From positions 124,001 through 188,000 of the forward strand of contig DF236964.1 of the NCBI GenBank assembly GCA_000708835.1: a DNA stretch of 64,000 nucleotides. The letters run 5' to 3'. Position numbers and translations under genes: made by a program. Source of the DNA: Klebsormidium nitens (taxonomy: Eukaryota; Plantae; Klebsormidiophyceae). Below the pieces are notes generated by a model that had not been told where the DNA came from, ran no database searches, and saw nothing but the letters and a program-made list of their open reading frames with translations. This document shows, piece by piece, positions 24,740-37,936 of this stretch (its first letter is position 1; every line of letters starts with the position of its first letter).

Positions 24740-26738
24740 TCAGCAAAACATCTGCTAAACAAATGGTTCCTTCGATACAAAAGTACTGTAGTAACGGTAG
24801 ATATCTGGAAAGACGCCACCACGTTTCCACCCTTTTATTACTCGTTCTGGGCGTGAAGTTGCAATGTCAGCTTGTCCTTTTCTGCGGAGTGCAAGCTGCA
24901 CGTTTCTCTTCAGACTTCAGATCTCTGAAGCTTCAGTGGTATGAGTGTGGAAGCAAAAACTAAAGCTTGAAAGCCGAGGCATCATGGGGCACGATCATCT
25001 TCAAATCGGAGGGCTCTTATTGCCCAAGACCCGAAACGTGGTATATCGAACGGCCTAGAAAAGGTTTCAGGGGGTCGCGACGTGCCTTCCCTGACGGGTA
25101 AGACTGGCCTGCTTAAATCCATATTAATCACGTTGCATGCAATCCTTCTCACTCTCGAGCAGAGCTGCGTACAAAGTTCTGCGCTAGAGTGAAGTCTGAA
25201 GGCGGGGGAGGCGCCTTGACGGGGAAGGTTGCCTCTCTGAAGAGGAGAGTGGAGGGTTTCTCATGCAGGGACTTGGGCAGAGCGTGGATTAAGGTTGTCA
25301 CCTCTCACTAAGAGTCCGAGTCTTACCTATACTGCAGTGGAAAAGGAGGGGATGCCAAGGAGTCCGAGTAGTGGAAAGCTGTCGTTCTCAGTCACCTAGG
25401 TGGTTCTTGCAGCAAGCTGCAATACTTGCGCGTGATTTGGGTTGCTGCACACCTGACTGCAGGTAAGCACACTTGGCGTTCAGCTCTCTTGCAAGTTGCT
25501 CGAGTTTTTATCCTGTTCTGTGATTGGCAGACTTTGGAGCATTGATTTTGAAGCAAGCTACACAATACTGACAAAGCAAGGTTGTGTGTGCTTGTCTCAG
25601 AGTAGGTGTATTGACTGACAATCCTAAGCTGCCCTTCAGCCTTGCCCTTTCGGCTGCTATCTCATAGGAAGATGTGTTTGTATGCACAGGCAACCGTGTT
25701 GGTCTGTACAATGTCAAGGTAGAAGTAGACTAAAGTTATAGTTTGATAGTGTATACTTGCATTTTGCAAAGGCAGCTTGTTATTTTGTACACTCTATGGT
25801 GTGCCGGGATCCAGTGCTTTCTCTGGATGGAGGATTGCTGGATGAGAGTAGCGTAGCTAGATTGGGAAGTTTTGCCAATGAAGTTCAACAAGGAAGAGCA
25901 AGCTCCCTGTCAAGCTGTTGCCGTGCCCTTGTGTCATCCTCGTTACTAGGGTTGCCTTCAGAGGTTTTGTTCAAAGGCTGGCGGTGTCTGAGCGGAGGTT
26001 TGGATCGAGTGTCTAGTTCAAATTTGCACCTCCAGAAGAGCAGTCCTTGGGCCCTAAAGCTTCCTGGAAAAGAAAACATGCGTATCTGTGAAAAATTATG
26101 TCGGCGTGCTAGTCTTATCACAGTGCTTCCTGTGAGATTCCGTTGACTCGAAAGTGCAGATACTTGGTCATTTGCATCATACCTGTCTTTATAAATCTAT
26201 CTACTGATCACTCAACAGCTTTTCTGGCGATGATTTGCTGCACAACTGCTTACTTCTGCTTTGAGGTTGCACCCATTCTCACTGGCATGTAAAGGTTTGC
26301 AGGCGCACATTTTGCCTCTTTACGTGGGTCGATGAACTGGCTCCGTAGCTAGTGGGATGAAGCTTGTCATCGATAGCACAGTCTCTGTGGCCATCACCGT
26401 CGCTACCTGACTGCTCTGCCTGCCTCCTATGCTCGTCAAGGCCTTCCCTGCAGGAATATGTTCTGATTAGGAATGCCTGCACACGCAATAATGTTTCTTG
26501 CGAACCTGGTCATAACTGCTCTAATCGTCAACCATCATCATCCATCGCTCCCTGCATGACAAGCATCTCCTCATTGACCACCGTGGTCCTTCCGCACACC
26601 ACAAAATCAGCCGGCAAGACACCCATCCTGTGAGATGCTCGACTCTACCTCCTTCTGACCATTGTCTTTCTCCGCAGACCAGCAACTCGGTTCCAAACAC
26701 CCATTCCGTGAGATGCTTGGCTCCTCCGTTCCTTAGCC

Positions 26739-29700
26739 ATGCGGCACCAACACCATAGCAAAGGCAGGCGAGCCTCTCGCGCTGCGGTCGCACCCGTGAG
26801 CGCAAGCGAGTGGGGGGACCCCACCGGAAGCTCTGCGGCGGTGATTGGTGCGGAGGACGGGGATGAAGAGATTTTGTGTCCCCTGTGCATCGAGCCCCTG
26901 GACGAGACGGAGGTGCGATTTAAGCCGTGCCCGTGCGGGTGAGTGTTTGCATCCGTACTAGACCTTTGTTCTTGGTTCCGAGGTAAGAGCAGGTTTGTTG
27001 CATTAGGGTGCTGAGTGTTGGGGCGCGATGGTGCTCCTGGATGCGAGGACGCATGGGGTTGTGCACAGCGAGGTTATTTCAGATTGAAAATTGAGAAGGG
27101 TTTCTTTTCAAAAGAGCATCTGGTGCTCCGTGGATGAATTCTCCAAGCAAGAACTTCATTCGCGGAGCAAGCATCGGTGCACTTCAAGCCTGGAGAGTGC
27201 TGTGGAGATTGACTTGTTATTCTGCCGTCCCTTGCTTTAAGTACGTCTTACGAAGTTCCGGTGGTCAGCAACATCTAGTCACTTGGTACCCTTCAAGTTT
27301 TGTCATCGTTCCATCCATCTTGGCAGTAATCCTGCTGGACTCGTTCGTTGAGAGCATCTTTTCAGGACCATTGGATTCTCTAGCAGTTGTGCTTTCCATT
27401 CCACGACTTCTTTCTATGGCCGACAGTGGAGCCACATCAGGGAAGAAACAATCTGCAGGCCGGTTCACGCAAAATCCACCCAGCTTGTTACACCAATTCA
27501 ATCCTTCATCAAGCTGCCTGCTCACACCTTTCCACCTGCTGTCTGGACCATAGAGGCCGAGACTCAACTAGAATGTTTCCGGCCTTTTCCTGATGACTTC
27601 TGGATTGGTGCAAGGCCTATTTGAGTCTGTTGTTGATTCCTCTTTGATTGCTAATGATGCTCGTTCTTCCTGCTACAGGTATCAAGTCTGCCTCTTCTGC
27701 TACGAGCGGATCAAGCTCGAGCTGAATGGTCTGTGCCCCAGCTGTCGAACCGCCTATGGATCCCCCCAGGAAGCGAGCCCCCGGCAATCATCTCCGTCCT
27801 CCTCTGGCTCTTCTAACACTGCGGCAAGCACCTCTGACCGTTCGCATACTCTAAGCGGGGGGGCAGTTCCCGTGCAAGGTTCCGACTCTCTTGAACCATC
27901 GCAGCTGCCTGAGCCGGCACCTGCGCTGCCAAGAACCCCATCATTGCAAGAACTCCCGGACGCGTCCCCAGCGCCTCAGAGAGCTCTGGAAAATGCGAGT
28001 TCAGAAGAGCCGGGTTTGTTGGAGATAGCAAACAGAGGTCAGGCTGCCGCACCTGGGGGGATCCCTTCGGAAGCCTCGGGAGAGCAGGCGAGCAGCAGTA
28101 ATTCTTCCAGAGCCTACCATGCAGAAGCACCCGGTAGCAGCAATGGGAACCACCGAATGGGTGGCCCCCAGAAAGCAGTGCCTCAAAAAACATCCCAGGT
28201 CGTTTGGGGTCAGACGCCGCTCCAGGGTGGCCCAAGCACCAGCGGAAGCGGCCCCCCGAACTGGGCGAGGCCTGGGCAGGCGCCGTCGGACGTCCACAGG
28301 GTGCGGCAGAATGCGTCCGAGGCGGCAGTGCAGTCATCGGTGGGCTTTTCTTGGGGCCCACCCGTGGTGACGTCGCAGCTGACGTCAGCGGACGCCCGAC
28401 GGCGGCAGCCTCCCGATTCTCATGTGGTGGAAAATGCCAAGGCCGTCAAGGAGGTGGTTAGGAACACGGCTAGTGACGGGGGGGGAAACGTATGGGGAAG
28501 CGGGTCTATTACTGCAGCGTCGGTGTTGAAAGGGGGGTCTGTTTCGCGGTCGGAGACACCCCCCCAACCCGTTCTGGTCGCATCGTCCTTTCCAAGCCTG
28601 TCGGCGGGGGTTCCGAAGCCCCAAAACCCTGCTCGGAAGCCAGGAAAGCGGCCGAGGACGCCTGCGGGAAAGGTGAATCGAAACGGGGGGTTGGGCCCTC
28701 CCAGTGCAAGCGCCAGTCCAAGTGTGACCCCCCAAAACAGTCGGCCAGGGACTCCCCTGGTAGAGAACGGGTCAGAGGAGAGGACTTTGGAGAGGGATGT
28801 CTCTGGTTCCGGGGGGTTGGAGTTTCCGAGTGGGACTGCAAAGACGGCTGCAGGGGTGGGAATAGGTGTTGGTGTGAATGCGCACTTTGGGACGCACATG
28901 CCTGTGCCTGCAGCTGCATTCGCGGGTGTGAGTACTGGCTTGAATGGTTCTCCTGCTTTGGACACAGTCCTGGGAGCAAACGCGGGCGGTAGAAAGGAGG
29001 ACGGCGCGGCCGCTCTGAACCTTCTCACGAGCAAGCACGGTCGGAGCCTGAGCGAAGACGTACTTCGGGGATTCGAGGGCTTGCGATCAGAGGGGGGGTC
29101 CGCAAACGGTCTCCACCGCCCCACGTCGAGTGGGGGGGTGCAGGCGTCTACATCGCGGCTCTTTTCGGGGGGGTACGGTTTACACAGGAGCCTAAGCAGC
29201 CGGGCGAGCAGTGTTGCGAGCGAGGATTCGGGGGGTTCTGGCTCGCCTGCCAGAGGGGGGGGTTTCGGAAAGAGTGTGTATGGGGCGGCGCTGGGTGGGG
29301 GGACGGTTTCAGGGGGGAATGGGTGGTCGGTTGGAGCGGCCTCGTCAAGGCAGTACAGCGAGGGGTGGACTCCCGAAGCACTGGCAAAGGTGCGCACAAG
29401 ATCTGCTCATTAACGTCTGCAACTTTGTCTTTTCATTGGGGGATCGATACGTCCGGTTTACAAGAAACTTGATCGGGGACAGGATTCTCGTTGGCCCCAT
29501 TCACAGCTCGGTAGCTTATGAAGATACCCTATTTGGCCATCTTATCATTGCAGTCCGGTTGATTGAGTGTTGAATCATACACTTTCATATACCAGGCGTT
29601 TCCGAAGTTGCTGTTTCCCCGGGGTTCTTCTCGACGGAATTACCTCAAACCTATACTGTCCTGGTCCCTGAATATTGGAGTTTTCTTTCTCCAGGCTCGC

Positions 29701-32238
29701 GCGATCATCGCCGCGGCCCGGCTGGCCCAAGTCGGCCCCCCCTCCGCTCCGCCCCCCATCCACGCATGGCCCGCACACCCTGAACTCCAGTCAACCGGCG
29801 CCCCTCTTTCAGTGTCACAACCGGCCCCCCCGTCATCCGACCCCCTCTTTTCCGCCAAGTCAGACGACAGCCTCTTGCGCCAGCTTGCCGAAGTCGGGGG
29901 ACCCCTCGCGAGGCAGCTGAGTGGGCTCGCCGTCTCTGACGTCAGCGAAAACGTCGGCAGCGGCGGTCTGTTCGCAATGGGGGGCCCGAGGCAGGGCGGT
30001 TTTGTGGGGGGGGACGGAGGAGGGGAGAAGGCGCGGGTGCCGCGCTCGCAGGGGGGGTCGCTCAGTCGGTCGAGCAGCCGGCAGAACAGCCTGGAGCGGG
30101 TCGTCGAGTGAGTCTTTTGGTTTCAGTTCTGCATTGAGCGAGGTCTATGCTGATTTCGATCATCCATCCGGGTGCAAACCAATGAACACCCTAAAGAAAC
30201 GATTGCCGGGCTCTGCACCTGTACCCGTTTGAAACGCCAAGCCAACCCCACCCGTTCGCTGGCCCTTGCCTATTGCAACGTAGCCATAAGTCAACGTGAC
30301 TGCGATGCTATCGGCGACTCTGCAGTCATTCCAGAGTTATTATTTTCTCTATTGATCAATGGACCTGCGACTCAAATCAGTGTGACACTTCTTGCTGCGA
30401 TTCCAGAAATCAACACTGTTTTGCTTCTTACGAACAGTTGACGTGCACTGAACTGCCTTCGTGATGCCAGCAAAATGAGGGACGCAAGAGCTTTTCTCTT
30501 CATGTCCCAACAAGACGGCAGCAGGTCGGGGTAGCCTCCTGCGAGACAGGCTGCGCTACTTATCCTCGCAATCTTGGTTCAATTCATTGGTTGCCGTTTT
30601 ACTTCGTCTCGCTATGTAATTTATTCGATAAGCTACTGTCTTGTTGTATCCCCCAGGTATCTGCTGGAAAGTTGCCAGCAGGTACTGTCTACTCGAACCC
30701 ACGCGTTCGAAAGGTCGAGTGTATGAATCAGCTATCTACATCTGGCTTGACCAGCTGGTCTTCTTACTGATAGCCCACCCCCTCGCAGGTCGTCGGTCTT
30801 GCACCTGGTGCGCGAGTGCGAGTCTGGCGCGGAAACTTCTGGAGAGATCCTCCCCGACAACCCCTGGCAGGCGCCGCAGCTCTACCGTTCCGTCGGGGGC
30901 ACAGTGAAACCGTCAAACCCTACCGGGTTTGACACTGCACCCGGGTTAAGCACTAACGCATTTCAGGGGGGTTCGGTCTGGAACGATCCTTTTGGTTCCG
31001 GTGCAGCTTTTGGAACCCCCTCCGATCAGGGTCTAGGGTTAGGTGGGTTAAGGACCGCAGGGTTTAACGGAACCGGTTACTCGTCGTTCCTCGGGACGGG
31101 GGTGTCGGGATCCGCCCCTGCTGTTCCAGCGGCCATCCAAGAGGCCTTCAATCGGCCCATCCCGCCCGCTAACCCGGCCCCTAACCTGGCGGCAAACCCG
31201 TTCAAACCAGGGGAGATTCCGGCTCCCTTCAGCTTCGGGTCAACGAAACCCCCGACTGGTCTTGCCAATAACAGCAGCCCGATCAGCCCCCTAGGAAACC
31301 TCCCCCCCTACCCAGCGCCCTCGTTCTTCGGCGCCCCCAACCAACAACAGCCGTTCGGTTCCCCCCCGTTCGCAGCGTCTGCCCCTCCCCATGGAATGGC
31401 CACCAGCCCCTCTTCGTTCAAATCCGCACACTCGTTCTTCGACCAGGACTTTTCCTCCTCCCGCATACCGCACCCGGACGCGTCCATTCAGCAGCTCCCC
31501 CTCCCCGCCTCGCATTCCCCGCTTTTCTCTTCCGCGGGGGTAAACTCCGCCGAGATGCCCATCCTCCCCAGCCCGCCCCTCGTGTTCTCCCCCCCGGGGG
31601 GCAACGACCTCCAGTTCCTGGGCGGTAGCGGACCCCCCCACCAGTTTTCAACAAACCCCGCCCCCTCGTTGTCGCTCAACTTCGATGATCCGGGGCCCCG
31701 GGGGCCAACTCGCGCAAGCGCAAACCGCAGGTCCGGGTCGCGCTTCTTCAAAAACGTGAAGGACGACTCCGGGGGGGGCGGCGGCTCAGGGGGAATCCTC
31801 GGGAACGGCCCACCGTCGATCTTAGGGATGCCCGAGCAACCCCTGCCGGGATCCCCCTCGGCGCTTCGGAAGATGCGTGACGTCGGCGGGGGCGGTGCAA
31901 ACTCGTCGTCTCCTAAGTCCGGCTCTCCCCGCTCCCCTAGGACACCGAAAGGGACTGCGAGTCCCGTTGTGAACATAAGTGCGGCGCAGGCAGCTGCGGC
32001 TGCGGCACAGACTGGTCTGCAACTCGGAAGCAGCCATCTGGGCGCGGTTCATAGTGAGCACTCGGCGGCTAGGTCGCCCAAAGCGAAGTCCCATCGTGCG
32101 CAAGAGTATACTGCGGCACACAACGGGCAGGCAAGACGGAAGCCGATGGGGGAGGGCTCCAAGCAGGTGCCTACAGTGCATCAGTTGGAAAGAGGGGCCC
32201 CCAACGGGCTGGGAGGATCCGGAATCAGTCGGGCGTGA
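26739..32238 (+). CDS. NOT4/CNOT4-type C4C4 RING E3 ligase-like protein with long disordered C-terminus. Exons 26739-26938, 27679-29389, 29695-30107, 30789-32238; ~1257 aa
   Basis: Splicing joins CPLCIEPLDETEVRFKPCPCG|YQVCLFCYERIKLELNGLCPSCRTAY, closely matching the Not4 RING. The remainder is S/P/G-rich and no RRM was seen. Confidence 0.85.
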
Positions 32239-33564
32239 TTTTACAGATTGCGACGTGGAAGACGACCAGTCGACTTCCCCGCCACATTCATAACAAGTAT
32301 TTGAACCTTGGATAGGCTACGTGTGAATAACTGGCAAGTAGTTGTACGTTCGCTTGGTCATTTTACTGGCATCCTGGAAAACGTTGGAACGCACTGTGGA
32401 TTCTCTTAGCATCGACCTGTAGCAGCGCTTGCAATCAACTCCCATGGACGGTTGCTGCCAAACAGCCCGTGAAATCTGCTGATGATGCTGATCAATGCGG
32501 GAATTTAATGGAACGGTTCCGTGAAGCTTGCTCTCGATTATGCGAAGTATATGCAGAAGTGCCACGATGGCACGTGGCGCAACAAACTTCAACTGGCTAG
32601 TGATTATCGATTATGGTGCGCATATTTGCCTACCAAGAGCCTGTGCATCAGTGACGCAAGCCGTACTGCGTTTGCGGCCCTCTGAGCCTTCATCTGCATG
32701 CATGTACATGTACTAATTGCAATTAAACGTACAGGTTCTACATGGCCTTGCAATTGATCGAATGCATGTGCAATTCCAAGTTTTGGGAAAAGCAGTGCGT
32801 TGGTATATGCGTCAGAGTCCAACTGCATGCCAAAACTCCGGCTGCTTGCTAGCAATTATTGTCACATGCATACCGGTAGCATGCCGCATACCGCATGCAT
32901 ACCGGTAGCACATATGACATGTGACACTTGCGCATGCACGCGCGGCATACTATAAATCAATCATATTAGGTTCTTCTAATGAGATCCAACGATTTTATAT
33001 TGAGGATGACTTTTATTGAATGGGTCACATGTGCATGAATTTTACGTGATGCATGAACTTTCATACCCTCAGGGCTGTCTGAAGAGTTCATAAATAGGTA
33101 TGACATGTTTCATGTATAAACATGATGTAGTGTAGCTTGTCACATATGCTATGCAAGCAGCCAGAATATGTTCGAATATACCTATACGGTCTCAGAAAGC
33201 CCAGGATAACAATTTATTAGACTACCATCATTGCTTCATGATAAAGCTTCATGATAAAACACAAATCACGTACAATGTCCAGAATATGAGATACCGTACG
33301 TTTTTGTGAAAGTGAGGTGCTACTGACTGCAAACCTTTAAGAGATTAAACATACACACAAGCATCCCTATCTACAAGGATGTCATTTCCCTCATATCTCC
33401 AGCTGCAAACTTGGCAAGTATTCGTTTGATCAGAAGCAACACGTTTCAACTCCGCATTAAACCTACCATCATCCAAAAGCTCGTTCAAAACACACACTGC
33501 TATCTATGTGGTCCGATCCTGAAAAGTGGTTACCTCTCAACAAGGTATCTCGAAAAGTAACTGT

Positions 33565-35733
33565 CTACTTGTCATCCAGATCAGACACAAACGGTTCTCT
33601 TCCCTTCTGCCCGTCCTTGCGGTCGACAATACCACCCCTGGAATAGGTCCAGTACGGGTCTTGGGTGTTGGCATCGAAGGTCTTGGCGGGATCCCGGGGA
33701 GCCCCAGCACCTTCGTTGATAGGCGCCTGCATATCCAGAATGGAAGACATGGTTAAACCACAGTTTGATTCTGACACTAGTAAAAAGAACACCTTAAAAA
33801 CAGAAAGGGGGGGGGGGGTGGACAACCAGCATTACACAGAAGAACATTAGTCCATTGAAGGTTAACACGGAAGAAAGCAGCGGCAATTCGACGGGGAAGT
33901 GGTGACAAACTCGAGCAATATTTGCAGTATTAGCAGAACAACCAGTCTCGAAGTTTTTGGAGATTTGCCGTCTTTGCAGGCACTTTCTTTCTGAACATAG
34001 ACAAACCAATTTACAACCAGCATCAGACAATGCTTGAGCAAAAACCTGATGCTAGGGACTAACCCATAATCGAGCTTGAGAAAGAACCTTGTGAAGAAGT
34101 GTCGCCTTTTTGACGTTTGACGCCCAAACAAGTCACTGCACTCCAAATCGCTCCCCTTTCACTTTCACAAAATCTGCTGAGCAAGACCTCAAACCTCTCA
34201 CCTTGTTCACATCAGGAGGGTTCTGGATGACAGTCCAGCCGCCAACCAAACCAGCCACGGTCAAAAACAGGAGGCCAGAGAGGAGGGGGCCCTTGATAGC
34301 GACGGTGTCAAGGCCAAGCTGGCCCAAAACTCCCTTGCCAGTGACAACCTCCATCACTAGAGCAGCCTGCAACAAAAAAGGAGAGCGATTAGAGGTAATT
34401 TGACACGTTCAGGCAACTTGTGAGGAACATGCAGATGCTTCAACGACGCAGTAAGCGGATTGCAAAGAATGGAATCCGTTAATTAAGCCAACAAGTGCAG
34501 GAATTTCGAAAGACAGGCTGCAAGGTCAGAGGAACTGGAAGGGTGAACCAAAATAAACCATGCCCAGAAAACACATAAAACTTGCCACAACATGCAGACG
34601 GGCCAGAACAAACCCTTTTTTTCGAGTGCGCCGCCAGCCCGGCGCGTAGTCTTTCATCAGTCTGTCACAATGAGGCCACAATATTAAAGATAAGAGGCAC
34701 ACAGGGCTAAACTTAAAGCAAACAACTTTGTCACATTGAGACTCCTTCCAATTCGGGTAAAGCTTGGGGCGAAAAAGAGACCCACATCCAAACAAGAGCT
34801 GGTAGGATGAGCAGATTACTTAGCACATGAAGGCAACAACTGAATGACTAAGAATCACACCGCATTTCTGCTTGAGACCAAATATGTCATTTCATGCATT
34901 GGTAAGATGTAAAATGGCGCCTCGACAGTACTCTAGCTGTGGAGCAGCAATGAACTTGCATTGGGCAGCAGCTCGAGAGACTTTACCATGACTTACTTTA
35001 CACAAAGCGTACATCTTCAAATCGCAGAAGCTTAGACAACTTTCGGCCCCACAAAAACACCGTCGCTGATCCCAAACAGAGCAGATCAAACACATGCAAG
35101 CTGGTATCATCATAACCAGCTTAGCTTCAACAAGATTGACTTACAATGCAACATATTGTTACAGAACTGCACACCGAAGGACACTCAAAATAAAAGGGAA
35201 GGCAAGCAGGGCTGACAGCAGAATCCAGCACCACAACCTAGAAAAGCAGGCTAGTCGAAACTGCTTAATGTGAAAAACAAAGACACATCATAAGAAGTGC
35301 ACACAAGGAAATCCAAAGGAAAGCAGAGCACAGGGTGACGAAACAGACTACTCACCGCGAAACCCATCATAGCCAGCCGGCCGACCTCCCTTTCCTGCTT
35401 CCTCCCAAACCCAAACCAAGTTCCAGGACCACCCAAACCATACCCGTCCGGATTCTGGGGAGGTTTTGGGAGTCCCTCTGGGGTGGTGCCAGCTGTTTTG
35501 TCCTCCTCTGCGGCGGCCCTTGCCCCTGCATGGCGCCTGCTGACAGGTGATGAAGTCGACGAGTACACGCGGAGTCTGGAAGCGTTACTGGAGAGGGAGT
35601 GTGCTGAGGAGAATGTTCTGAAAGCGGGTGTGACAGGTTCTGACGTGGAGGCGGGGTTGCCGCTGCGCGCAGCAGCGCTCTGCAGTGCATGGCTGGCATG
35701 CGCTTGGAAGCGCAGGGTCTGGACGGACGCCAT
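33565..35733 (-). CDS. Two-helix light-harvesting-like (SEP/LIL, PsbS-half-like) thylakoid protein. Exons 35733-35356, 34366-34202, 33726-33565; 234 aa
   Basis: S/A/R-rich transit-peptide-like N-terminus; LHC motif FGRKQEREVGRLAMMGF|AAALVMEVVTGKGVLGQL; second hydrophobic helix; phase-0 GT-AG introns. Confidence 0.85.
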
Positions 35734-37030
35734 GGATGATCAGGCGGGGATCAACCTTGTTTTGCAGATCAAGCGATTGCAGATCAGCCTTCGCTGCTTG
35801 CAAATCAACGCTCTCAAAAAAGCTTACACCGTGCTGAAGAGTGGTGGCGAGGACGAGAAGTGAAGAGATGGCTACGAATATGACATGCACGTTGGAATGT
35901 CTTCAGAAGTGATCGGGTACAGAAGTGCTTCTTCTTGTGGACGCTGAAGGCCTGATCAAGAAAATGCTGATCGCCGATCGGTGCAGTCATGCAAGCCTTC
36001 TTCCCAAAGAGCAATGGGTGGAACTTGGAAAGAAACCAACCATTCGGAAGTTGCAGCGCTGCCTTGCTCGTCCTTTCCGCCTCAGTCCATGAAGACCGTC
36101 AACTGTGGCACACAGTATCGACGTCTGTCAAGCGGCCACGCCTCTCTTTTGGACGGTGTAGAAGTCTCCACGACAGCTTCTAGACCTTTACCGGACACAA
36201 TCGGTAAAGGAGATCCCATGCAAGATTGCCACAATCCATAATATTCCCTTTCTAGATGGTTTCATGGCGCTGAGCTTTTCCCCCTCCCATTCAGATGATC
36301 CCTCAAGCCTCACTACCTTGGCGGGCTGCGCATCTGCGAAGCACGGTAGCAGTTATCCGACCGCTGCCAGCATTCTCCAAGGTAAGCTTCAAACAGAGCG
36401 CTGGGTGTCAGTAGCTAACGAGCATCCCAGATCACGTACAGCAGACCTGAAATCCGAGTGGCCTGCATTTATCCTGCGCAAATTGTTTGTTCATGTCAAC
36501 CCGGGCCCGTTCTGGCTCCTACGTTGAACCACTTTTGCCACCACCACCAAACCCTGAAATCGACTTCTTTCTACGGATACAACAATTATCATTGATCGGT
36601 GACAAATTCTAGCATGCAAATTCTAGCATGTAAGAACTCAATTTTCAGCAGTCCACAGCTCGATGAGCTTCTGAAAGTTTGCGCGTAAAAACCTGCCTCT
36701 CTTTGGTGGCCCATCAAGGTGTGATGTTCTGGTGTTGAGGTGAATTCTCACTCCTAAGCTCAGCCTATTATGTTTATCTGCCTGTGCTACAAAGTCGCGG
36801 TCCTCAAGTCCAAGTTTTCCACAAGTCAAAGGTTTGACATTCCAAACGACAGCTGTCATCAATGTTCCAGACGTTCCAGAGACATTGCAATGCTGCCAAC
36901 TCCCCGGATATATCCATTGCATCTCCCGTTGACCTTTGCACAGAGCGCCCTTCTTGCGACCAATGCCTTGTACCAGTGACATCATCAGAGGTGACATCAT
37001 TCGCCAGCGACGTCGGATGATAGGTGGTCA

Positions 37031-37936
37031 ATGCCGGCCGACGTGCTAAGTGAGTTGGAGGCAGAGAAGGCGGCACGGCGCCAAAGAGAGGCCCAGCGAT
37101 CGGTGAGCCACTGCAAGCATCTTGTCGTCCTTTTTGTTGTGATTTGTTCTACTCGTCTTATTTATTGGCCTTTCAATCTCTTTGGATTATCACAACCAAG
37201 CCAGCCAGTTGATGAACTGTTCCACCTTTTCTTACAGAGTACGCAGTTTGAATGTTGACCATTGAACCTCAATGGGGCGTTGCGCCCTTCACAGCACCTC
37301 AGCGGCTCTACTGCTGCTTGCGTCTCTGTTACGAGAACTCCACTTGTCGCATAAGCTTTTGTGACCAGACGCTGACAGAGCGTCGTTCTTCTCCTCAGGC
37401 GCAGGTAGCTGCCGTTATCAAAGCGGAGGTCCAAAGTCTGGGATCCAAACGAGTGAGTATTTGCAGCTGGAAGGTCAACTGCAACTCACATGTTATCGGC
37501 TGTCCTAAGCAACTGCTGTGGTATCCGGTCTTCTTGTTTTGTCTTTAGGGTCCGGTATAAATGGAAGCGTCGCTTCCTTGCTGGTGTCAACACTCCTCGA
37601 TGATTGACATATCAAACTCTCAGGCCCGCAGTTCGGCAAGAGCTTGCTTCAAGTCAGCAAGTTACAATTTGGACTTATTGGACTTTTGGGACGTGAAAGA
37701 GTTGAAAAGCATCACTCACATCGATGGACTCTTTGGTTGTTGATTATCTTTTTGTGACCTCAACATAGTGCTTAGACATCCACAAAAAACGCGGCGACTG
37801 TTGGAACGATTTCAGACACGGTTTACGGTTTTTTTGGCAGGAAGTGTACGTCAAGAAGGGCGGGATTTTCTTCCGCGCTGACGCAAGCGCAGCGCTCCGC
37901 GAAGCAGCTGAGCTGGAGAAGACGGTGAAAAAGTAG
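37031..37936 (+). CDS. Putative 73-aa prefoldin-beta-like (ASDURF-like) microprotein. Exons 37031-37102, 37399-37452, 37841-37936
   Basis: Three phase-0 exons with gtgagc/gtgagt donors and pyrimidine-rich CAG acceptors give MPADVLSELEAEKAARRQREAQRSAQVAAVIKAEVQSLGSKREVYVKKGGIFFRADASAALREAAELEKTVKK. This is helix - VY..IFF hairpin - helix; the ASDURF resemblance is from memory, not a search. Confidence 0.65.

Noticed and set aside
28420-32181. Long antisense ORFs (up to 325 aa) over the RING gene
   Set aside because: Expected from GC-rich low-complexity coding sequence.
35800-36060. J-domain-like (KAYTVL..YEYD) and kinase-like (LIKKML) fragments
   Set aside because: Short, stop-interrupted, and lacking the HPD or catalytic motifs.
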